In this document: positions 1 to 8,826 of the stretch, piece by piece
Layout: every line of letters begins with the position of its first letter
Position numbering within the stretch: the first letter of the stretch is position 1
Source of the DNA: Alphaproteobacteria bacterium
GTDB lineage: Bacteria > Pseudomonadota > Alphaproteobacteria > TMED109
Assembly (NCBI GenBank): GCA_965206145.1
Contig: CBDBIK010000005.1
Location: 513,206 to 577,205 of the forward strand
Length of the DNA stretch: 64,000 nt
Reading direction: 5' to 3'
Notes under the pieces: model-generated
Told to the model about the DNA's origin: nothing
Databases searched by the model: none
The model's input: only the letters and a program-made list of their open reading frames with translations
Translations under genes and position numbers: made by a program

Positions 1-95
1 CGCTCCCGCAGAACGGTTTCAACAAGTGTCGCGCAGTCGTGATCGCCCTCGAGATAAGGTCGGCCGACATAGGTTTCCGTCCAGTGCCCCGCCAT
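1..95 (-). CDS. tail-tip protein, NlpC/P60-like N-terminus (partial, runs off window)
   Basis: Manual translation from the ATG at 95 (minus) gives MAGHWTETYVGRPYLEGDHDCATLVETVLRE. The G-x-PY...DC pattern is typical of the catalytic-Cys region of lambda K-like NlpC/P60 tail proteins. The start shares 1 nt with the stop of the upstream gene. Confidence 0.45.
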   Translation of the reverse strand, partial: MAGHWTETYVGRPYLEGDHDCATLVETVLRE

Positions 96-580
96 CAGAA
101 AATCGCTGGACTCCGCTCGGGGTCGTGACGCCACAGCACCGCTGGCCTGTTGAGAAGTGGGTCGAAACCGAGCCGAACCGTTACCAGCCGCTGGTCGACC
201 CGCGTCGACAGCACGTCGAGCGTGAGCTCCCACTCGACGGCCGCATCGCCATCGACGTCGCGGACAAGGACCTGCATCACCCGGACGGTGCCGCCGGTGC
301 CGCCCTGCGCGAGTTCGATCCACTGGGTCAGGTCGCGGCCGATGTTGTCAACCGTGATCTCGGCTGAGGGCGCACGCCCTTCCACGTCGTCGACTAATCT
401 CGCCCGGAATGGCAGTCCCGGGTAACGCTCACCCTCGATCACGTGCTCGTGCGCATCGTTCACGGCACGCGCCGGAGTGGGAAGATCCGCGTGTGAAATC
501 TCAATCGCGTCCAGCACCACGTCACGCGGTGCGATTTCGCGCCGTGCGCGTTCATAGCTCGACGATGGCATCGATGGCAT
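95..580 (-). CDS. minor tail protein (DUF1833-like, memory-based)
   Basis: 161-aa ORF packed without gaps between neighbouring tail genes downstream of the tape measure. Sequence is reminiscent of DUF1833 phage proteins. Confidence 0.55.
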   Translation of the reverse strand: MPSMPSSSYERARREIAPRDVVLDAIEISHADLPTPARAVNDAHEHVIEGERYPGLPFRARLVDDVEGRAPSAEITVDNIGRDLTQWIELAQGGTGGTVRVMQVLVRDVDGDAAVEWELTLDVLSTRVDQRLVTVRLGFDPLLNRPAVLWRHDPERSPAIF

Positions 581-1147
581 CTAGCGGCCGTAACGGACGA
601 GGGCCATCCAGAAAAACCCCTCCCCCTCCCCGGTCGCCTCTGTATTCCGTCGCAGCGCGATCTCTCGCGACGTCTGGTTCCAAACCACATCGAGTTGCCC
701 AGCGGTACGAATTCCCCGAGCAGTGACAAGCTCACCGTCGCGGTAAGCATGAAATGAGCCGGCGCCGTCGCCGAATGAGCTGAGCGACAAGAGCGGGATA
801 GGAACCGTCTCGTGGACCGCCTCCTGCGCCTCCAGAATCGCGACGTATTCGAGGTTGTCGTAATCTCCGTAGTTCTCGGGAAGCTGGACCGTTTTGTGGG
901 CGTTGACGCCGTTCGTGCTATCCGTCGCCGAAGTCGCAGAGAAGTCGAGGATCACTTCGCGTTGATAGCCCTGCGACGCGCTTACGAGGTCGCCAAGTGC
1001 AGAAATGGGTACGGTTTGGAGTTTCAGCGCTCCAGTGCCCGCGTCATCGTCAGTGAAGCCGCCTGCCGGGAACACCAGAACCCGGTCGTCATCATCGGGG
1101 GCCTCCGCCACGTCGAGCCGGTTGATCTTGATCACGGGGGCCGTCAT
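581..1147 (-). CDS. hypothetical tail protein (188 aa)
   Basis: In-frame ATG at 1147 (MTAPVIKINRLDV...) forms an ATGA overlap with the stop of the upstream gene at 1144. The longer 581..1660 ORF is an N-terminal over-extension. Position is distal to the tape measure. Confidence 0.55.
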   Translation of the reverse strand: MTAPVIKINRLDVAEAPDDDDRVLVFPAGGFTDDDAGTGALKLQTVPISALGDLVSASQGYQREVILDFSATSATDSTNGVNAHKTVQLPENYGDYDNLEYVAILEAQEAVHETVPIPLLSLSSFGDGAGSFHAYRDGELVTARGIRTAGQLDVVWNQTSREIALRRNTEATGEGEGFFWMALVRYGR

Positions 1148-1584
1148 GACTGCCCCCACGCGAGATCGCGCGTTCCCCAGGCGAGAGCCACCGGGAGGCG
1201 CGCGATCCCCGAAGTCCCGGGGCGCACCTCGAGCTCGCAGGTCGCCGACCAGGTGACGGAGCCCGCAACGGCGCGCTCCTCGTAGCGAATACCACCGGCG
1301 CCGTCGACAACCCGCGCCTCGACCTGCGCGCCGCGCACCGGATCCGGGAACAGGAACCACGCGGCAGCGTTGCCCGCCGCCCATCCCTGGAACGCCTCGA
1401 GCTGTTCGCCGGTTCCGACCAATATCTGAACCGAGCGAGTATCGAGGGCCTCGGTGCGAACCCGCACCTGCCGAACAGCACCATCGTCGGCCTCGCTGCG
1501 AGCGACGTCGCTTCGGCGACCGGCCGCAAGCCCGTCGGCGACGATGCGCGCGTAGCCGGGCCAGACCGAGGACGCCACCGTCAT
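1144..1584 (-). CDS. hypothetical tail protein (146 aa)
   Basis: ORF track. ATGA overlap with the tape-measure stop (1581-1584) and with the next gene. Confidence 0.55.
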   Translation of the reverse strand: MTVASSVWPGYARIVADGLAAGRRSDVARSEADDGAVRQVRVRTEALDTRSVQILVGTGEQLEAFQGWAAGNAAAWFLFPDPVRGAQVEARVVDGAGGIRYEERAVAGSVTWSATCELEVRPGTSGIARLPVALAWGTRDLAWGQS

Positions 1585-4490
1585 GAAGACCTTCGTCGCA
1601 CGTCGAAGGCACCCTCGATCGCGCGCGCCGATGCGCCATTGCTGGCGATGTCCTCGACAATCGCGGTCACCACCACGCTGCGCCCGTCGAATGCCTGGCG
1701 CGTCGGCTCGGCGAGCCGTTGCGGTGTGCCGCGGTTTTCGAAGTTGACTGTGATCTGCGGCGGTGCGCCGAGTGCCGACATTTGTTCAGGCGTGAATACC
1801 CCTTCGCCGCGCCGAGCGATGATGGGGATCTCGCCGGGGCCCAGACCGGAACCGAAGCCGCCGACCAGGCCGCCGCCGTGATAGCGACCGGCACCGGCAA
1901 ACGTCGCCGGCGAAACCCCGGTCCGACGGGTGCCGCTGGCGACACCAGCGATCAGGCCGGCGTGCCCCACGTTGTAGGGGAAGCCGCTGGCGGCGGATCC
2001 ACCGCCATCCGTGCCGCCGTCATCCGTTTCACCGAAGATGTCGCCCAGCGCGCCGGCGAGCGGCGCCGTGATCGACCTCCGGATCGAGATCCGGACCAGA
2101 TCAGCGATGATGCTGTTCGCGAGGTCCCGGAAGCGGAGCTTGCCGGTGGAGGCGAATCGAACGAGCGCCTCCTCGGCACCCTGGAAGGCATTCGCAATCG
2201 CCTCTTTGGCAGCGGAGGCACTGCCGTCCGCCTCCGCCTGGATGTCCCGGAACGCCCGCACCGCGCCGTCTCGGAACTCGGTGCTCTCCCGGAGGCGGCG
2301 TTCCTGTTCCTCTTCCTCGATCGCCCGAATGCGAGTGACGTAGACGTCTTCGACCTGCGCCGCGAGCGCGTCGTAGCCGTCGCTCACGTCGTCTAGGGCC
2401 AACAGTGTTTCAGTCTTCCAGGTCTCCGCCGCCGCCCGCGCCTGCTCGTAGGGACTGAGCTGCCCGCGAACCGCAACAGCAAGACCTTTGAGAGCCGAGC
2501 GCTCGGCCTCGAGAAGCCGTGCTGCCCGGTCCTGGCGGATCTCGTGCTCGCGGTCGAGTTGCTCCTGCAGGGCGATCTCACGCTCCTGAAATGCTCGCTC
2601 TCGCACAGCCGCGATGGCAGCTTGCAGCCGTTCCTCGGCAACCCCCTCCGCGCCGCGAAGATCCTCGAGCCCGCGGAGCGCTTTGGCCTCCTTTCGGTCA
2701 ATCAGAGCAATCCGCGACAAGGTGAGCCGCGCGATCGTGTCCTGGGACGCAGCGATGATCCGTTCAATCTCTGTCGCCGCGGCAGAGACCGACTCAGCAG
2801 GTCCGTCGCCGACCTTCGTAGCCGCAGCGGAGGCCTGCTCGGCTGCTTTCCCGAGGCCATATTCCACATCGGCCATGGCGATGCCGGCGGCTTTGCCGAG
2901 ATCGGTCAACGCAGCCCGCAGCCGCTCGATCTCGGCCCGGAGCTCCGCAATCCGGGGATCGCCCCCGATGGCTGAAAACTCGCCGAGAGCATCACGTCGC
3001 GCCGCTTGAGCCTCAGCGACGGCGAGCTCAGCTTCGGCTTGCCGAAGCAGCGCATCGATGGCCAGACGGCTCTTGCCTGCGAGCTCGTCGGTCGCATCCG
3101 CCGCGTCCTCTGTCGAGATGATCATGGCGGCGAGAGCGCCGCCCACGGCCGCCACCCCTGAAGCGACGAGAAAGGCCGGATTCGCGCGCATCGCTGCGTT
3201 CAGGGCGAGCATGGCGCCGCTCAGTGTCCCCACGCCCCGTACCGCAACGATCGCGCCCGCTCCTGCCCCCGCCAGCACCAGGCCCAGCTTGTAGCCGACA
3301 AGAATGCCGACGGCGGCAACGACCAGTCGAAGATTCTCGGCGAGCAACTCGACAGCAGCGGCCATACTGGGGAGCAGTTCCGATCCGATTTGAATACCTT
3401 GGGCTTCCATGTCCCTCAGTGCCGCGTTGAAACGAAACTCAATGCTGTCGGCTGCCACTTTGAAAGCGGTATCCAGGTCCGCCACTCCCGACATGGCCAG
3501 GGACTGGAAAATTTCCGCCACGGTCTCCCCCTGGTCACTGAGCAACGTCAGCACGCCAACCAGCCCTTCCGTATCCGGGAAGATCTTGCTGATCGCATCT
3601 TGATTCTCACCGAGCGCGTCGCGAATCTTGAGCAACGTCGAGAGGAGACCCTCTTCCGAGAGACTGCGCCGCAGGTCCTCGACACTCAGCTGATGGTCTT
3701 TCATGGCTTTCCGGGCCTGCTCCGAGGGCCGGATGAGCTGCGTGAAAATCCCGCGCAGCGCCGTGGACGCGTTTGCAGCGTTGAACCCCGAGCGGCTGAG
3801 CACTGCCAGTCCGGCACCGACCTCGTGAAACTCGACGCCCAACTGCTTTGCCAGCGGCAGCAACGGCCCGATTTGTGGTGCCAGGGACGCGGCGTCGAGT
3901 TTCCCCTCCCGGACGGTGGCGATCAGTGTCCCGATGGCATCGCCGGCCGCGAGGGTTTCTGCCCCGTAGGTGTTCATCGCCGACGTCGCAGCATCAGCGA
4001 TCGCCGTTGTGTCACCCAGACCCGAAGCGGCAGCTTTCGCCGACTGCCGAAGGATGTCGAGCGCCTCTGCGCCCTCGGCACCTGCCGAGGCGATAAAAAA
4101 GAGGGCATCGCCAAGCTCATTGACGCCGCGGCCGGTCTCCTTCGGGAGCTTCAGAATCTCCGCGCGGTACTTTTCCACCTCCTCCTTCGCGGTTCCCACC
4201 AAACCGGTGATCCGCGACAGCGAGGTGTCGAAATCCTGTGCCTTGCCAACCAGACGCCCTGCCTGCGCGACCGACACGTAGGCGGCTGCCATCAACCCGA
4301 GCTGTGTGACCATGTTCCGCGCGGCACCGCGCGCGCGATCGAGACCCCGTCCAAGCTCTCGCGCCTGGCGCCCACCCGCCGTCGAAGAGGTGCCGAGCTT
4401 CGTTACCTCGCCCCGAAGACCGCGCAGCTCGCGCAGCGCGCCATCGAGGTCGGTGCGGATCCGCAGCGCGAGATCGAGATCACCCGGCAT
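1581..4490 (-). CDS. tail tape measure protein
   Basis: 969 aa, Ala/Leu/Gly-rich with long coiled-coil stretches and a central hydrophobic block. Sits immediately after the chaperone pair. Longest ORF of the structural module. Confidence 0.85.
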   Translation of the reverse strand: MPGDLDLALRIRTDLDGALRELRGLRGEVTKLGTSSTAGGRQARELGRGLDRARGAARNMVTQLGLMAAAYVSVAQAGRLVGKAQDFDTSLSRITGLVGTAKEEVEKYRAEILKLPKETGRGVNELGDALFFIASAGAEGAEALDILRQSAKAAASGLGDTTAIADAATSAMNTYGAETLAAGDAIGTLIATVREGKLDAASLAPQIGPLLPLAKQLGVEFHEVGAGLAVLSRSGFNAANASTALRGIFTQLIRPSEQARKAMKDHQLSVEDLRRSLSEEGLLSTLLKIRDALGENQDAISKIFPDTEGLVGVLTLLSDQGETVAEIFQSLAMSGVADLDTAFKVAADSIEFRFNAALRDMEAQGIQIGSELLPSMAAAVELLAENLRLVVAAVGILVGYKLGLVLAGAGAGAIVAVRGVGTLSGAMLALNAAMRANPAFLVASGVAAVGGALAAMIISTEDAADATDELAGKSRLAIDALLRQAEAELAVAEAQAARRDALGEFSAIGGDPRIAELRAEIERLRAALTDLGKAAGIAMADVEYGLGKAAEQASAAATKVGDGPAESVSAAATEIERIIAASQDTIARLTLSRIALIDRKEAKALRGLEDLRGAEGVAEERLQAAIAAVRERAFQEREIALQEQLDREHEIRQDRAARLLEAERSALKGLAVAVRGQLSPYEQARAAAETWKTETLLALDDVSDGYDALAAQVEDVYVTRIRAIEEEEQERRLRESTEFRDGAVRAFRDIQAEADGSASAAKEAIANAFQGAEEALVRFASTGKLRFRDLANSIIADLVRISIRRSITAPLAGALGDIFGETDDGGTDGGGSAASGFPYNVGHAGLIAGVASGTRRTGVSPATFAGAGRYHGGGLVGGFGSGLGPGEIPIIARRGEGVFTPEQMSALGAPPQITVNFENRGTPQRLAEPTRQAFDGRSVVVTAIVEDIASNGASARAIEGAFDVRRRSS

Positions 4491-4493
4491 CGT

Positions 4494-5146
4494 TCAGCCT
4501 TCCGGGCCCAGAAGACGCGCAAGCGCGCCCGCGAACGCCGCCGCGTCGTCCGCCCGGCGTCGAAGGTCGACTGCCGCGAAAAGACGCATCTGCCTAAGCG
4601 TCAGCCGCTCGCAGACGTCGTGATGGCCGGTTGCGTGGCCGGCGCGGACAAGTCCGTCGAGGACTTCTGCGATGCCGACAGGCTCGCCAGCATCTCCCGC
4701 CCCTGGAGAGCCCCGACGATCCTGCCCAAGATAAAATTTCGGTTTGCCGTCCACATCGCCGCCGACACGGACGTCGCGTCCGAGGCACCAAGGCGGCCGA
4801 CCCAGGCAACCTCGCGGTCGCACGCCCGGGCAATGAGCGCAAGCCATGTGTCAGCGTGCTCGGACAACACCTGGTCGATGACGTCAAGATCTTTCACCGG
4901 ACCCTCGCACCCGCCGGCAATGTCGGTCAGCGCATCAAGCAGCGGCTTCGATCGCCCCTGCAGCTCCAGCGCCTCGCGGAACCGGAACTCACGGACCGTG
5001 ATTCGTGTCATCTTCCCGGTGTCGGGATCGCGAACGTCAACGTCGACGTCCGGAAAGAGAATTGCCGCCGCCTCGTCGTCGTCCGGGGCCGGGGAGTCCG
5101 TCCCGCCGTTGGAAGCCGTCACGGTCGCGTCGCTGGTCGTCGGCAT
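4494..5146 (-). CDS. tail assembly chaperone, predicted -1 frameshift product (GT-like, about 217 aa)
   Basis: The -1 frame is open from 4847 down to a stop at 4494, just 4 nt before the tape-measure ATG. The heptamer A_AAT_TTT at 4739..4733 (minus) is correctly phased with the G frame. Confidence 0.5.
4601..5146 (-). CDS. tail assembly chaperone (G-like)
   Basis: In-frame ATG at 5146 (MPTTSDATV...) overlaps the major tail gene stop by 1 nt. Acidic protein located between the major tail gene and the tape measure. Confidence 0.7.
   Translation of the reverse strand: MPTTSDATVTASNGGTDSPAPDDDEAAAILFPDVDVDVRDPDTGKMTRITVREFRFREALELQGRSKPLLDALTDIAGGCEGPVKDLDVIDQVLSEHADTWLALIARACDREVAWVGRLGASDATSVSAAMWTANRNFILGRIVGALQGREMLASLSASQKSSTDLSAPATQPAITTSASG
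4733..4739 (-). promoter_or_regulatory. candidate -1 programmed ribosomal frameshift slippery heptamer AAATTTT
   Basis: The zero-frame codons read cgA AAT TTT atc, which is the X_XXY_YYZ pattern. The -1 frame continues KFYLGQDRRG..., matching ORF 4494..4847. Confidence 0.5.
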
Positions 5147-5964
5147 CAGCCGACAGACTCGCCGTCGATGACCAGAGCGGGCGCGCCTCCACCCGGCTCC
5201 TGGATCGCTGCAGTGAGCGGAATTTGCTGCTCGGCCGAGCGGCTCATCAACTGCATCTCGCCACTCGCAGCAAGACTGCATTTTCCTGCGTAAATGTCCC
5301 GCCCCTGCGCCCCGCGCTTCGCGCTCTCCAGGTAGCGCACCGCGACTAGTGTCGCCTGCGGGATCGTGTAGCTCTTCGCCTGCTGACGCTTTTTTGCCGC
5401 CGGCGTGTAATCGACGTAGATCGAGGAATCGTCGGCGATCCCCGTCGCATTCGGCTGGATGTAGACCCGCCCGCGAGACGCGTCCACCTCAAAGGATTCA
5501 TTGTTCGCGTTGGCGAGCGAATTTGCGTTCTTCTCCGTTGCCACGGCAACCGTGCTCTCCGTGACGGCACCGGCACCACGGGGGTTCTGGGCGGTCCGGC
5601 CAAGCTGATACCAGTGCCCGTGCTTGACCGCGATCTTCTCGTTGACGACCGCTGTGGTGTTCGCCGCCACCTCCGATGTCGTGCCGCCAACAAACAGCGC
5701 GAAGTTCTCGAGCGTCGTGTCGTGCAGCGTTAACCCCATCGTTCGGGTGATCTGCGTCAACTCATCGGCAAGCACCTGCGCCACTTCACCCGTCCCCGAG
5801 TAGATTTGTGTCCGCTCGCTCGTCACCGAAAGCGTCGCGCTGACGGCATCCCCCACGTAGCGCTCTCCAGTCGGGGCACTGTCGGCGTCGAGAACGTCGA
5901 TGAACAGTTCCCCTGAGCCCAGAACAATGTTGTTGGTGTGAATTTCAGGCGCGGTCTTCGACAT
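5146..5964 (-). CDS. major tail protein
   Basis: ATG at 5964 is preceded by GGGAGG (MSKTAPEIHTNNIVLGSGELF...). 272 aa, located immediately upstream of the chaperone pair. The upstream part of ORF 5146..6102 is an over-extension. Confidence 0.7.
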   Translation of the reverse strand: MSKTAPEIHTNNIVLGSGELFIDVLDADSAPTGERYVGDAVSATLSVTSERTQIYSGTGEVAQVLADELTQITRTMGLTLHDTTLENFALFVGGTTSEVAANTTAVVNEKIAVKHGHWYQLGRTAQNPRGAGAVTESTVAVATEKNANSLANANNESFEVDASRGRVYIQPNATGIADDSSIYVDYTPAAKKRQQAKSYTIPQATLVAVRYLESAKRGAQGRDIYAGKCSLAASGEMQLMSRSAEQQIPLTAAIQEPGGGAPALVIDGESVG

Positions 5965-6133
5965 GGCTACCTCCCTTTCTGGACGCGGACGCAGTGGACA
6001 CGAACTGCCCCTGCTCCTCGAGCCTCCGCACCTGCTCGGTGCTGAGCGTGACCTTCTCGCCCACCTCGTGCCGCTTGCCCTCCTGGACAAGCGGTTTCGC
6101 AAGCGTGCGGGTCACCAGTTTCGGTTCAGACAT
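5945..6133 (-). CDS. small hypothetical head-tail protein (62 aa)
   Basis: ORF track. GGAG lies upstream of the ATG at 6133. Short overlaps with both neighbours. Confidence 0.45.
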   Translation of the reverse strand: MSEPKLVTRTLAKPLVQEGKRHEVGEKVTLSTEQVRRLEEQGQFVSTASASRKGGSHVEDRA

Positions 6134-6575
6134 GAGCTACTCCTTCTCCCCCGGAAATCACCGTCCGGGTGCGGTACTCCTCGAGCCAGGCGACCCGACT
6201 CATTTCGATTTCCAGAAGCCGGCCGCGGACAAGACGGAACGGCTCCTCACAATCCTCCGGCGTCCACCCGAGGATCGCTCCGCGCGTGACCTCGATGGCA
6301 GCCGCGAGCTCGCCGCCGGCCTTCTCGCCGTGCGGATCGTCCGGAGCCGGAATCGACAAAGCCACGTTCGCAGTCAAGCGGACGTTCTGGATGGCTCCCG
6401 CACGACCGGCGAGGTTCTCGCCCGAATCGTCGAACGCCGGATACACGACCGCAGCCGGTTTTCCGAACTCGCGTTCCACCGCCGATGCTTCCAGGGCACC
6501 GAACACTTCGCCGAAGTAGCCCGTCTCCCGAAGACGCACGATCACACGCTCGATTACCGAGACACTGCCGGTCAT
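6126..6575 (-). CDS. head-tail joining/tail completion protein (hypothetical, 149 aa)
   Basis: In-frame ATG at 6575 (MTGSVSVIERV...) overlaps the upstream stop by 1 nt. Position is between the head-completion genes and the tail genes. Confidence 0.55.
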   Translation of the reverse strand: MTGSVSVIERVIVRLRETGYFGEVFGALEASAVEREFGKPAAVVYPAFDDSGENLAGRAGAIQNVRLTANVALSIPAPDDPHGEKAGGELAAAIEVTRGAILGWTPEDCEEPFRLVRGRLLEIEMSRVAWLEEYRTRTVISGGEGVAHV

Positions 6576-7087
6576 CACCGGCCCTCCCCGAGATGCTGGC
6601 TCACCACGCGGGCGATCATCGCCCGATCGTCCCTGGAGATGCCGAGGAACGGTCGCGCCGGGATTTCGCTTCCAGGATGCTCGACCTTCTTTACCGGATG
6701 GCGCGCACCCGGCCAGTAGAGCGCCTTGCGGCGCTTCGGCCGGATCGTCCGCGGCGGCGTCTTGCCGCCAAATTGATGAATCGCCGCGTAGACCACGTTG
6801 GTTCCGACCTCCACAGCGTCTGCCTGGAGACTGTGGGTGATCGAAGCGCGAAGCCGACCGGTGCCCGTGAGCGTCTGCCCGTTCTCGGCCTGCGCACGCC
6901 CCGACTTCGGCCACGGGGCACCGTCCGGGCCGTGCTCCAGCTCGAAGCGCCGCTCGACCGACAGCACCAGGCGACCGCCGATCTCGTCCAGGATCGGTGA
7001 GGGGTCTTCGATTTTCCCGACAAGGCGGCCAAACTGCGACCGGAACTCTTTGTCATCGAACCGGATTTCAACCCCCGCTCCAGCCAT
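6575..7087 (-). CDS. phage virion morphogenesis protein (Mu G-like / tail-S-like)
   Basis: Start at 7087 (MAGAGVEIRFDDKEF...). The stretch GTGRLRASIT...VGTNVVYAAIHQFGG...PARPFLG is typical of this family (memory-based). Confidence 0.65.
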   Translation of the reverse strand: MAGAGVEIRFDDKEFRSQFGRLVGKIEDPSPILDEIGGRLVLSVERRFELEHGPDGAPWPKSGRAQAENGQTLTGTGRLRASITHSLQADAVEVGTNVVYAAIHQFGGKTPPRTIRPKRRKALYWPGARHPVKKVEHPGSEIPARPFLGISRDDRAMIARVVSQHLGEGR

Positions 7088-7491
7088 TAGACTCCCTCCA
7101 GGTTGGTGGCGGTCATCACCGGAGCGTCCGGACATGTGCTGTCACGGACCTGGCGCACCGGGATCTCTACGCCTTGCTCGTCAAAGAGTGTCACGCTCCC
7201 GTCAACCAGGCCCTTGAGGGTTTTCCGCGCCTGGCGCGCGCGATCCCGCACGACGTCAGGCAGCTCACGGCCGTAAAGCCTCGCGCGTGCAATGTCGCAC
7301 GCAATCAGTCGCAACTGCGGATGCTCGTCACCGGCAAGCGGCAGAGCGAACGTCGAAGCGAGTTTGCCGTCGAGCTCGGCGTGCGTGTCCGCAAGCGCCG
7401 TCATCACCCGGCCGGACCTCGTATCGTCCAAACGTTGGATCTCGTCGGCCGAGAAACGAGCCTCCAAGTCCTCGCGGGTCGCATACGGCAC
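7087..7491 (-). CDS. DUF1320-like head protein (Mu gp36-like)
   Basis: 134 aa, MPYATREDLEARFSADEIQRL... is the typical DUF1320 N-terminus. Lies directly after the capsid gene. Confidence 0.65.
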   Translation of the reverse strand: MPYATREDLEARFSADEIQRLDDTRSGRVMTALADTHAELDGKLASTFALPLAGDEHPQLRLIACDIARARLYGRELPDVVRDRARQARKTLKGLVDGSVTLFDEQGVEIPVRQVRDSTCPDAPVMTATNLEGV

Positions 7492-7500
7492 CGCTAGGCC

Positions 7501-8445
7501 TCAGGCAACCGCGTTCTTGAAGTGGTATCCCGCTGCTTTCCAGGCGACGAGTTCCTTGACGCACTCCGTGACTTTGACGATCTCCGCACCGGCAACGCCA
7601 ATCGAATCGTCGTGGTAGGTCATCACCTGACGACCCATCCACTCCGCTGTGAAGCAGTAAGTGGGTTGTGCGCTCATGGCCCCGGAAACCGCAGGGTTCA
7701 GGTGGACCAGAGAGGCATGCTTACCCCATAGCCGCGTGTGGCTCGCATTCTGCCCCTTCGCCGCCGAGTTGTGGAAAGATCGTCCAATAATTATCCGGTC
7801 GAGCTCGAACAGCTCCGCCACCGCATCGCGCATCGCAAGGCCAGCAGCACCAGTGCCCGCACCCGAGCGCGCCGTAGCCTCGACGATCTTCGGGTGGCGC
7901 CGCAACGCCGTCCAAGAGGACTGCCCCAGCACCAGCGCGTTCGGCCTCAGTAACGGTTTGTCCATCGCCTCGGCGATCGATTTGATCGGGTCGCTGTTTG
8001 AATGCGACCACTGCGATGTGCCCGACAGCGTCGCTTGATGAGCTGTCTCGTAATTTCCAGCCGCAAACACCAGGTCTGCCACCCGTTTCTCGCGCGCCAG
8101 CGCCACCAGCGTCGAGGTATTCATCGTCGCCTCAGCCAGCGGATCCCAACTCGTCGAGCCGCTGCGGGCGACGTGGACGTCTTTCACCGGCACCGAGTCC
8201 TCAAGGCCGTGGTCTTCGGTCGATTCGGTCACGTGATCCGTGCCAAATTCCACCTGATTGGCTCGCGAACGGCGGCCGATCAGGGTTTCGGGAATCTTGT
8301 GAGTCTCGCCCGGGCGGCCCCGGGCGTATGTGAATTTCTCCGCGGGCACCATCACCCGCGGACACACCTCATCGGCGATCAGGCCCTCGGGTTTCACCGT
8401 CATCGCGATTTGGGTGAGGCGGGTTTCGATTGCAAAGGGGGGCAT
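7501..8445 (-). CDS. major capsid protein
   Basis: 314 aa. Position after protease/scaffold and the DUF2190 gene. Sequence resembles major capsid families of Mu-like and lambda-E-like phages (memory-based). Confidence 0.8.
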   Translation of the reverse strand: MPPFAIETRLTQIAMTVKPEGLIADEVCPRVMVPAEKFTYARGRPGETHKIPETLIGRRSRANQVEFGTDHVTESTEDHGLEDSVPVKDVHVARSGSTSWDPLAEATMNTSTLVALAREKRVADLVFAAGNYETAHQATLSGTSQWSHSNSDPIKSIAEAMDKPLLRPNALVLGQSSWTALRRHPKIVEATARSGAGTGAAGLAMRDAVAELFELDRIIIGRSFHNSAAKGQNASHTRLWGKHASLVHLNPAVSGAMSAQPTYCFTAEWMGRQVMTYHDDSIGVAGAEIVKVTECVKELVAWKAAGYHFKNAVA

Positions 8446-8463
8446 GTGCTTGTTCTCCTAGCT

Positions 8464-8826
8464 CTAGTAGCGCAGCGGTCGGACGTGAGCGCTGCCAATG
8501 TCGCCGGTCACACCGGCTCGATCGGCAACGCCAACGCACCAGTCGTTGGCCGTCGTTGTTGAAACGGCCTTGCCGTCGGCGGTCGCCTTCAAGCAGTCGC
8601 CGGCCGCGACAGTGCCGCCGTACTCGATCTCGGCGATGCCCTCGCGGTGCACGTCGAGACGGGCGTCGTCGGCAGCATCGATCGCGTGCGAGACCCCGAT
8701 TGGCGGCTTCGTCGCGTCCGAGGCCTCCTTTGCTTGGCCGGCCTTGGCACCGTGGATCACGATCCGGTGCGCCTTTACGGCACCGTCCGCAACGTGATTA
8801 GTGATCAGTGTGTCGTGTCGTGGCAT
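8464..8826 (-). CDS. DUF2190-like head decoration/cement protein
   Basis: 120 aa, located between the scaffold/protease gene and the capsid gene. Gly/Ala-rich beta-type sequence typical of DUF2190. Confidence 0.65.
   Translation of the reverse strand: MPRHDTLITNHVADGAVKAHRIVIHGAKAGQAKEASDATKPPIGVSHAIDAADDARLDVHREGIAEIEYGGTVAAGDCLKATADGKAVSTTTANDWCVGVADRAGVTGDIGSAHVRPLRY

Noticed and set aside
3390-5171. Long plus-strand ORF (593 aa) antisense to the tape-measure and chaperone genes. Similar long antisense ORFs occur at 22704..24062(-), 23642..25552(-), 37967..39151(-), 40034..40990(-), 50076..51254(-) and 60999..61973(-).
   Set aside because: These are shadow ORFs of the kind expected in high-GC DNA. 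Their translations are Arg/Pro/Gly/Ser-rich with no recognisable motifs. Each is fully overlapped by a gene on the other strand that has a clear family signature.
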